NCBI GenBank assembly: GCA_008632985.1 | Contig: QPGO01000287.1 | Coordinates: 1-64,000 of the forward strand | DNA: 64,000 nucleotides | Reading direction: 5' to 3' | Source: Psammoneis japonica | Taxonomy: Eukaryota | Shown here: positions 51,373-61,300 of the stretch, piece after piece | Layout of the letters: each line of letters opens with the position of its first letter | Numbering within the stretch: the first letter of the stretch is position 1 | Notes under the pieces: generated by a model | What the model saw: only the letters and a program-made list of their open reading frames with translations | What the model was told of the DNA's origin: nothing | Database searches by the model: none | Made by a program: the position numbers and the translations under genes

Positions 51373-52506
51373 CTAAGGTACTTTTGGAACATTTACTTCC
51401 GGTGAGTGCGGACTGCTTGCGAGAAGAAGACCGGGAATTGCATCCTTTAGTAAATAGCATCCTGACATTGTAATGCAGAAGGGCAATGTAAGACAGGGTG
51501 CACTCCACCCACCAAAGACGACTTTGAGTGCTCCAAACACAGCCGCAGTAGCAGCAGCACCGCCGGCTGATAGTAAAACAGCTTGTTTGGAGTGCGTAAA
51601 GAAAACTCCAACTCCAACACTCGTCAAGGCAGAGTTGAAACCCCACAGTCCAATCGCGACTTCTGAAAAATCAGCGCCAAGCACGAGGCCTGTTGCGGCT
51701 CCAATCGAAGACCCCATAAAGGCATGAGCTGCCAAACCCGGTGAATACAAGGCAATGCCTCCCAACAATACAGCACCCCCAAGAGACGATTCCACCACAA
51801 AAATTTGAGAAACGCCCTTGAGCGGAGCATGCAATGCAAAGTACGGATCCAGAAATAGGCTGGGAGGCGGATCTAAAGACGCGGGTGCACCCTTAAACGG
51901 CTGCGTCCGGAGAAGCATGGAGAGTGCGACAAAATTAAACGCTAGCGTCCATTGTGGAACGGTGCCCATCGCAGGTTTGAGAGAAGCAGCGACAAACGGG
52001 GAAACTCCTGCGCCAACCATTGTCGTTAGAAAACCAGCTGGTGCAGCGTCAAGAGCCGGGGTCAAAGTGATTGAATCTGACAAGGGATTAAAAATAACTT
52101 CAGCTGGTAGCGGAGCAATAAAAACAGCAGTCGCGCATCCCACCAAGCAGCCATTGTAGCCCCAAAGCCCGTCCTTCAGAGCACCGTTGTCGAGACCAGC
52201 GGCGGACGCAGCACCCGTCGAAGCAACAGCACCCGTCGCTGCCAAGGCAGCCAAGTATGGATCGCCAATTGCAAGTCCTCCTAAAATAACAAGACCTGAC
52301 TTGTAAGAGTTACAAAACACCACTTGACCCACGCCTTTGAGTGACGTTTCCACAAAATTCGGCGGCGTCTCTTCTTCATCGGGAGATGCATCGTTGCTCA
52401 AACCACGAAAAGACAACCATCCACTCTGTTGACGCCCATAAAATCTATGGTTACGTCGACTGACTAAGCGGAACGCTCTCGACGCGTTTGAAAGAGAGGT
52501 CGCCAT
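51373..52506 (-). CDS. Urea transporter (UT/SLC14-Utp family channel)
   Basis: Two-fold internal repeat 'GVGQVVF..SG..ILGG' / 'GVSQIFV..GG..LLGG', 'GLWGYNG' / 'GLWGFNS', 'TLAFN' / 'TLPFC'. Confidence 0.9.
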   Translation of the reverse strand: MATSLSNASRAFRLVSRRNHRFYGRQQSGWLSFRGLSNDASPDEEETPPNFVETSLKGVGQVVFCNSYKSGLVILGGLAIGDPYLAALAATGAVASTGAASAAGLDNGALKDGLWGYNGCLVGCATAVFIAPLPAEVIFNPLSDSITLTPALDAAPAGFLTTMVGAGVSPFVAASLKPAMGTVPQWTLAFNFVALSMLLRTQPFKGAPASLDPPPSLFLDPYFALHAPLKGVSQIFVVESSLGGAVLLGGIALYSPGLAAHAFMGSSIGAATGLVLGADFSEVAIGLWGFNSALTSVGVGVFFTHSKQAVLLSAGGAAATAAVFGALKVVFGGWSAPCLTLPFCITMSGCYLLKDAIPGLLLASSPHSPEVNVPKVP

Positions 52507-52944
52507 TGGAGATGATCGCCTTCGCTGCTTGTCTTTTCCTCCCCTTGTTGCACGAGAAGTTCTGAGTGTTTGTTCGGCGGCAAATTTTCGAAATTTTGCT
52601 TATACTTTTATACACATACGAATATATTGAGTTAATGCGGGAATGAAAATGTGATTCAGTCGCGAGTTAGTGTTGTGCCCGTCAGTGCGAGAAGATAGAA
52701 GGACCACAAGCTTTGGACACGTTAACGGTACCTGCTGTAGTCCTTTCACTATTTGTCTACGATTGTGCCCTACTTTTGTTATGTCTCACTCTAGCAGTAC
52801 ATATAGTAAAGCGAAATGCGTGTGTGGGAAAAGAAGACTGATCCATAGCTTTTTTTGAGATCGTCATCAATCTTCAACCTGTGTGGGAAGCTGTAGTGGA
52901 CTCGCACCAAGCAGCACTGTTTTGCTGTTGAAACAAAAGTCAGC

Positions 52945-53990
52945 TCAAGGTTCAGTTGATCTAGCTCGAAAAGAGTACAGTGTGACGCTTTTGGCTTCGT
53001 TTGTGTCACCATTGTAAGTTACCTCCACAGCTTGGAACAAGCCATTCGTCCATTTGTGGGTAAAGATGCACTGAAAACTCTTGCCTCGGCGCAAACATGG
53101 CATGGACGCAATAATCCCACACGGCAGGACTTGTCGAAAGTCTTTCTTGAATCGTGTGTCACCCAAGAGACGCGATATAATAGAGTCCTTGATTTGCATC
53201 AATTCGTTTGCGTCCATATTTCGATTTGTGCTTCGTTCCATCGTTCGTAAATCAATTGTCTCACTTTTGACAGCTTCGACATTAACCAATTCTAGACTTG
53301 TCAATTCAAAGGGCGCGTGCAATGGAAGCACATTAATGGCTAGTGGATCGGTTGAGTTGCCTGCAAACGATCCAGGATCTTGTCGTTTCATTTGCACGAC
53401 CGTCATTTCCTTGAGTTTGCGACTCTTTTTTGGAAAGAATCCAAGCCACTTGTTCTTGGCGTCGTACTCGGCTACAGCCGTTCGTCTCATTCCATCTCCC
53501 TTTCGATCCCAAAATCCAACTTCAAAAACAACACGAGGAACACTTGTCCAGAATTGCGGTATTCTCAAAATAATGCCCTCGTCAAAACCAATCTTGAGTT
53601 GGGTTGGTCGAGTGGCTGTCACGCAACGTAGCGGAATCACGACATTATCACCTTGTTTCGCCAAGTTCCAGACTGACCATGTGCCCACTTTTCCTTTTAA
53701 CTCAACCTTTAATCGAAAATTCAATGTTCGAGATCCTTTTTGTAGCAAGAGTCGTTTTCCCCACCCAACCGAATAGGTGCTCATGGATCCACTCCAACAG
53801 CCGCCGCAGCTTTTTCCAATAACCTTCCAGACGTGATTCATTTCTTTCAATTCGTTGCTAGAAAAGGATGGAGGAGAAGTTGTTGAAGCGCAAGCCATGA
53901 GAAATAACATGGAAACGAGATGCAACGCGATTGCGAGGAATCGGAGAAGGGAGCTGCGATTCTTGGCAACAAAGATCAAATGCATCTTTT
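52945..53990 (-). CDS. Hypothetical protein, possibly DUF3598-like; start uncertain
   Basis: Long open frame with a hydrophobic N-terminal segment; 'GCWSGSMSTY', 'FEVGF..RRTAVAEYD'. Family resemblance recalled, not searched. Confidence 0.6.
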
Positions 53991-54328
53991 CTTCTTTAGC
54001 ATTTAATTTGAAAACGACTTTTGGCTTTGCTTCTTCTGTAGTCTCCGGCTCGTAACTCGTAAGAATACCCAAGGCTCCTTTGGGTTCGCCTGAAAACAAA
54101 CGCCGATGATGCGGATTTTGGATTTTGTGAGCATCTCGAGCTCGGTTGCGCTGGAAAGTTGGATTCCGAATTCCATAATTGAAAGAAATCCGAACCGTAC
54201 ATGCGTCGCACGAACTGTCTCGTACGCCTTCGGTATACCAGGAATCACGTATGTAGATGTGAACGGTCATTCAGTACTAACGCGCAGTTACGTCGCGAAG
54301 CTTGGCATTTCGGAGATTTGCATCAACA

Positions 54329-55007
54329 ATGGTGAGTGCCGCGAGAGACTATCGTAGATGTGGCAACGCCTGTAGCTTGAGAAATACAACCTTCATTGCC
54401 TCTATTGATACAAGAAAGAGGCGCTTGGAGCTATGCTTTTCAACCCGCTTTGTTCTGCCTCATGGTTTCCTATCGATCGTCGTACGATCGTTACGTACGT
54501 TGTATTTAGCGACAATTTTTGTATTCATGTGTTCTAATCAAATTTCCGTATTCGTTTTTTCTATTTCCCTATTTTTGCTTTTAGATTGGATCTCGCGCTG
54601 CCGTTGTTGGTGCCCGCAGGGCTGCCGTGGTTGCTACGCAACGCCGCGGTGCCGCTCAAACCGTTCCTCGGCAGGGAAGTGTGGAGCAAATGGAGGCGGA
54701 AGCGTTGGAGCAGCTCAAGGCTCGTATCGCGGCTCAAAAGGAGATTTTCAAGCAGACGCACAAGTCGGAAGCCGAAGAGATGGATGAAATGTGGAAATGG
54801 GTCAAGGTGTCCATTATGATTGCGGCACCCGTGTGCCTTTTGAGTTCGATGAAGGATATTCTCTTTGGTGATCACCACCATCCCGATGAGGGTCCCAAGC
54901 CGGATTACATGGCGATTCGTAACAAGGCGTTCCCGTGGGAGTGTGAGGATTGTGCGCTCTTTGACAGGAAGTGCTGGAGGAAATGCCGTGCCGAGATGGA
55001 AAGTTAG
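54329..55007 (+). CDS. COX6A: Cytochrome c oxidase subunit VIa-like; ATG-only first exon (54329-54331), exon 2 at 54585-55007
   Basis: ATG|GTGAGT..TTTAG|ATTGGA. Presequence 'MIGSRAAVVGARRAA', TM 'WKWVKVSIMIAAPVC', and 'YMAIRNKAFPW..ALF'. Confidence 0.85.
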
Positions 55008-55161
55008 AGAACAAGTAACTCTAGGTTTTCTTGTATAATTAGTGTTTATTAGACTTTCCGTATTGGAACTGTTGCGTTTACACGAAAGATTTAACAGTAG
55101 GTTAGGTTGTGAATCCTAGCTCTCGCCGAGAAATGGGGCTATCCATCGCATTCCTCGCTTC

Positions 55162-56498
55162 TTACATGTCACTCTGAGGCAACATTTCCCGTTTATGGAC
55201 AGCCATCCACTCATCGAGTCCATTCCAGAAACTCGCATAAGTCACACTATCCAATCCCCGCTTATCCCGATTGAGTTTCCCCGTCTTGACGTTCCAACCT
55301 ACCAATTCCTTGGGCACCGGAGCGCCCTCCATGCCAATGTAAAAGCCATAGGTATTGGAAAAGAGACTGACAGCCGTATCGTATCCCTTGATCCAATCCT
55401 TGAATTGCCACGAAGCTCCCAAGGCCACGACGGCCACGATGCGAGCCCACTCCTTGGGATCGCGCCCAAGTTTGGATTTGGGATTGTCCATGAGTTCATA
55501 CTCCACCACACCACCACCGAGACGCGCCCCCACCTTGCGGGAAAAGGTCGTGGGCGAATTCTTTTGCTTCTTGATTTGCACGTCACGGGGCACAAACTTG
55601 GATTTGGCGAGAAACTCGTGGGCGTTGACGAGCGTAATGGGAAAGGTCATGCCCTTTGGAACAACAATGACTGGTTTCTTTCCCACAAGGTGCTCCTTTT
55701 CTTACTGACGGGAGTGTGGGGAGTCCTTGGCGACTTTCTGCTACTGCTGCTGCTCGAGCCTTGATGGTTTGTAGATACAAATCAAGGACTTGGGCAAAAT
55801 CACGATTGTTGGAGGATCGCAGGATGGATGCAGAGTTTCCCACGGGTATTTCCATTTGTTCAATCTGCTCCGTCTCGTTTTTGAATTCTTGCACCATTTC
55901 CTTTGTAATTTGAAAACCCTCCGCCGACAAGGCAGCTCGGAGCGTCGACGTTCCCTCGTCAGTGCGTTTGTCCACGACAACGTTTAGATTGGTAAAGAGC
56001 TGCTCATCTGTAATGGGTGCCTTTGGTTTCTTTTTCGTACGAATGTCGGCTTCGTCGTGCCCCCGATGTCTCTTTTTCTTTTCCGACGAACGGTCCTTGT
56101 GACGACGATGTTCGTGCTTCTTCCTCTTGCTACTACTCGACACCTCTGGCGTCTTGACGGCAGCAGCTGGCTGCTGCTCTTGTGCCTCGGCGCTTGCTCC
56201 CAATACAAAGCCCACCACAACCGGCTTGTCAAGTACTTTGACCGGGTCACTGACATTGTGTGACTTACAGGAATTACGATAAGGCAAGAGACCTGATTGG
56301 GGTCCAACACTTGTAGAAACAGAGATGCCAAGGTGTATTTGCATGATTTGGATTGATGCGAAACCTCATACACCTTGCTGGCGTCTGCGTGGTGTCGTTT
56401 AGCGCAAGAGTGCTGCCGTCGGACGACAACTCCACATTCTTCAACACCCCGTCCTTGGCCCACAGTTGAAGCAATGCCAAACCGTCTTCAGAAGACAT
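55162..56498 (-). CDS. CDC73: CDC73/parafibromin (Paf1 complex subunit), with several apparent frameshifts
   Basis: C-terminal domain 'PVIVVP..ITLVNAHEFL..FVP', 'WARIVAVVALGASWQFKDW', 'LNRDKRGLD'. The N-terminal part is spread over three frames. Confidence 0.88.
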
Positions 56499-56762
56499 GA
56501 TTAACGACAAGAAAGAGTTTGGAGTTGCTGGGTTGATCGATGTCGTCGTCGCTGAGAATAAGTAATGCTAGGCTATGTGCTGTTGTGTAGGGCCCTACTT
56601 GTAGTTCTTGCGTCGTGCGTCTTCGGCTTCAGTCTTTTCCAGTCTGGCGGTTGATGAGTGTATAAACCTTTCAGATATAGACGCATGTGCTCTCGATAAC
56701 ATTTCATTCGAGCGATTCGAATACCGGTACAGCTTTTGCCCCGAAGCACAAAAAAACTCACC

Positions 56763-58057
56763 ATGGCGGCGGATGATCAGAACGCAGCAGCGGATATGCC
56801 GGTGAAGACAGAATGGGTCGGCACCAACAAGTCTGAAAATGATATTTTTGATGAACAACGTGCTTTCCTTAACACCCTTCCCCAATCAGAACAAAATGAC
56901 CGTGCAGATGGATTGTTTTTCTCCCATATGGAGTCAATCTGGGACTCTAATGATGCCACTATTCAGGCTGAAGACTTTGAAACGATTCGTCGTATTTCCG
57001 AGCAGGGTCATGTCTATGACTTGTGCTGCGAATACATTCACGACGACTCCATCGAAATTGGAAGAGGATCTCGCAGTGGAATAACCAACGCAGACGAAAA
57101 TGAAGCGAAGATCGACGCTTATGGCAATGACAATTGTCAGGCCGCGCACTTGTTATCTCATGCTGAGGTGTGCCATAAAGCTTTTGTTTTTATCGGCGAG
57201 GCTGCGGTAGGTAGGAAAGTTGGTGCTCAATCTACAACCAAGTCGGGTCGGAAGCGGAAGAAAGCCCAAGTTCTCGGGAGCAGCACGAACGCCCGGAACC
57301 GGCTCAGGATCCTCAACGGCGTTCACGGTATAAATAATACCTCTCTCAAAAGTAACCAGTACAACAAGATGTACTTGAAGTATCAAGGCGAACTGTACGA
57401 TACGGACAATCCGTCCATGCTAGTTATCCCTCTGCTGCCTCTTAAACAAGTTATGGATTGGGCTATGGAGGGCCATCAAGAGCCCTACGACATTCTGACA
57501 CTCACGTTCGGTCCTAGATCCCGTCGCGCAGCCAAAATTTTGGAAACTGCTCCTCGAGAGTGCAGCGATAATGAGGTTGAGGAAGCCAGACGACTACTGG
57601 AGACGTTTGTCAAGGGCGTTGCTGGATCTCTTGTTCAAAACGACGTCTTCGAAAGTTTTCACAAGACCGAACTAAATAACGAGTCGAACCCGAGCTTGAT
57701 GAGATGGAAGGAACTCGTAAATCGGATAAAGACGGGTCGCAAGAGATGATTAAGGCGCCTACCCGCAGAAATCCTCTCCCGGCAAACTTCCACGCTGCCA
57801 AAGCACGTCTCTCCAAGGGAAATTCCTTACCAGATCCGTGGCTGTTGACGCTGAAAGCTGCGATCAACTACTCTGCTTGCAACAAGACGAAGCTCATGCC
57901 ATCTTGCCAACCTTGGACTGAGGATGACGGCCCTCCGAACACTGATCAAGGTCAGCAAGATTACAGCAAAGATAACATTGATCATGCTGCACAGCTAGCC
58001 CAGTCAAAGCAGCAAGGTGGAAGTTGCATCGAACTTTTTGACTGGGATAAGCTGTAG
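56763..58057 (+). CDS. Hypothetical protein, possibly HNH-endonuclease-like; frameshift or short intron near 57740
   Basis: 337-aa ORF overlapping a 117-aa ORF; 'QAAHLLSH' motif. Normal TA content. Confidence 0.55.
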
Positions 58058-58329
58058 CCCAAAAGGGGTGAAATTTTATGAAACTTCAAGAATAGTGGCC
58101 CACTGATGGAGCAGGAGTAACTAGATTAATGTCGCCAGAACCAACTGCCAAATAATAATTTCCTGCATCTAGAGTCAAGCCAAAACTGTCTACAGGCATT
58201 TCTGTTTCTTGGAAAATTGCTAAAACTTATCCTTGCGAGCTATATGGTGCCAAGTCTGCGTTCGCACCATTTTTGACAGTGCTGAAGGCTGCACCAATCC
58301 GCTTCACTTCACTGGGACTAAACTGAAAT

Positions 58330-61300
58330 GCATCTAAAGAATCTGTTCTGCCAACAGTTTCAACCAAAGGTGGTTGCCGCTGCAGCTGGTTGTCCCCACG
58401 ACGAACAATCGCACAAAGGCATGGTGGCAGCTGCCGGTGCAGCCACTGCTGCGGGTTGTCCCCATGACAAATGATCACATGGCAGAGCAGCAGCAGGAGC
58501 CAAGGCTGGAACAGGCACCAAGGGGTGGTGGTGGAGTGCCCCAGTTTCCAAAGGGCAGAGGATTCCCATCTCCGCCTCCTTGGAAAAAAGCTGTGTGGTG
58601 GTGGCGGTCGTGATGGTGGACAACAAATGCCCGACGAGGTGCAACAGTTCAGCAGCAATGAAAGTGTCCGCAAATGCTCAGCTTGTGAGCACAAGGCAGT
58701 CCAAAGAGACCTTCATCTTGGCTGAGTGAGTGACTTTTGTGGCAACTGAGAAAGACTCAAGAAGAGTGTTTCATCCACACAAGCTGCTGTTGCTCTCAAA
58801 AATGGCGTTGCTGATGCTGCAGTGGAGATTGCTCAGTTCTGATTCATCGCAGAAATCCTTCTGTTCCGAAAGGTCAAACTGAGCATCAACAGGCATTTGC
58901 TTCATTTTTTCTTTGTCATTGGAACATCATCACAATGACCCCACCAGTTTGTGTCACAGTCTTTGTCACAACTGTCATTGAACCATTGACACCATTGCTT
59001 TCAAAGCAATTGTCAAGAGATTGGAATTGCAAATCTCCCAATCCATTCCCTTTGACTGAATTGCATTGCCATGCATGCAGTGTGCAGCATCCATCCCAAT
59101 GTGATCATCTGCAATGATTTTGCAATGTGCCTTGCACTGTCCAATTCCACAATGACACCACTGGGGACATTCGCACTCAGCATGGTTGTTGCAGTTTTCT
59201 GCTGTGAGCAAGTTTCAAGAGTCTTGCAAGGCATCAACATGAGAAGCATCCTGTGGTTGCCCCATCAAAATGAGACTGTCTGCCACAACATTCCAAGCAT
59301 TTCTCTTGCAACTTTTCAATGTCTGGCTTTTCAATGCAGATGTGCGCAAAAGAACATTCCAACCATGAGTGCTTTCTCCCATTGGGTCACTTTTCAATGA
59401 CAGTCGAGCACTTGTCTCTCATTTTGTGGCAGTGGTGCCACTTGGGAAAAGACTTGCCCCAATGTCTTGCAAATGCTGTTGCAACACATGTTTCAATTGT
59501 GGTGTGCCCTTTCTCACTTGTTGCAAGGCACAACACCTGACTTTGGCCCATGTCACACTCTCAATGCAACACAGTTCCATTGTGGCTCCTTTCATCATCT
59601 GTGTTTTCTGCATTTCTGGCAATTGAGCAATTGACACAACAGATTTGGTCAAACTCAGCCACTTGGATGTCTTCTGTCCAATTGTCCAACACCAACAGGT
59701 TTGGCACATCAGCATCAAGTGCTTGCTCTTAAATCAGAATGCTCCAATGACAGTGATGGTCCTTGAATGAGACAAGCCAATTTGCTCCAAAGTCAAATTG
59801 TTCTTTTGAAATGGGTTGTTTCTGCTGCTGTGTTGCCAAAACTGAGCAAAGCAAGACTTGGCTGCAGCAGTCAAGAGCACCAACCACGCCAATTCCTTTC
59901 ATCGATGACCACTCCAGCTTTGCCACTCAACATCAATGGCACCATGGCAACCAACAACATCACACACCACAAATGCCATGTGTCTGAAGATGCATTGGCA
60001 CACTTTTTAAAGCAAGGTGTTGTGACCACCACTTTCCCACTTTTGTTCACTGGGCAGACAACAAAGAGAAGTTCAATTGGCCTTGATGGCTTGAAATGAG
60101 TGAGCTTTGGTTTGTTGTTGTCTTTGGAGTGCACAACCATGAGAGATCCACCACCACATTTCAAACTGTGCTCCAAAGACATGGCTTTGTCAAGTGGGAC
60201 ATGGGTGGCAAAAGAACAACATTTCTTTTGCATGCCTTCATCTGACTTGTCTTGACAGCCCACTCTGGAAGCTTTTTGATTTCTGTAAAAATCTCATGTG
60301 TTCCACCACATCCAGTCAACCAAGAGCTCTCAATGCATCTCTTTGATTGGACACTTTGTTGGGAACATTGCAACAACCTTGATCCACCAACATCAAACTG
60401 TGTGCACCTTTGCAGTGCCCCTCAAGTCCATTCATTTGAAATGAATCAGTGCACGCTTTTGGTTGACTCTTTTTGACAGTTCTGGGTGCAACAATGGCTC
60501 AAGCATGTTGACCACAACTTGGCCAATGCACCAGTCGGATTGCTCAGCAGACAGATGTGCTGGCCTTGTGATTTGGCATTGTGGTGTCAAATGCGTGCAA
60601 TCATTGGTCCTTTCCCCATCACAAACAAAATGGATGGCTGACACATTGATGCTCTGTTGTGCAACATGGCATGAGCCAATTCCAGATGGTCTGGGCACAT
60701 CCCCTTTGGCGATTTTGTGTTGGTCATTTGCAGTGATTTATCATGCTTTGGGAATTTGACACACACAATTTCATCAAGCAGCATTTTGTTTGCATGATTG
60801 CAGAGTTTGGCATGCCCCCAAGAGCATTTGATGAAAGGTGTGAATCCTCACTCATCCACATTTTTCACAAGCTGCAACCACCACAGCTCCTGCATGCTGC
60901 AATCCAGCTCATTTCATCCATGCACACTGACTTTAAAGTGTGACACTGGCTCATTCATGGTTGTCTTCATCAGCCCCAACAAACCAGATGCTGAATGCAG
61001 CCACCACACATGCCATTCATGTGGCACCACATGTCACAAAGAATCTCCACATTTGAGTCTTGCCTTTTGATCAGACAACAGAGACCAAAGGTGCAAAGGC
61101 CATCAATTTTCTTCTTTTTTGTGACCATTGCCCACTCCATGAACAACCTGGCACTGTCTGCAAATGTGCACATCCTTTGTTCCTTCTTGAAAGTCTTTCT
61201 TCTTGAACAAAGAAAATTTCTGATTGAGTGCAAGCTCTGACGCCAAAGCTGGTTCCATTGTGACAGAAGCCAAATTTGCCATTGAATGGTTCACTCCACC

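Noticed and set aside
45640..58330. A gene for the editing enzyme within the window
   Set aside because: No deaminase (HxE..PCxxC) or methyltransferase motif was recognised in the intact genes.
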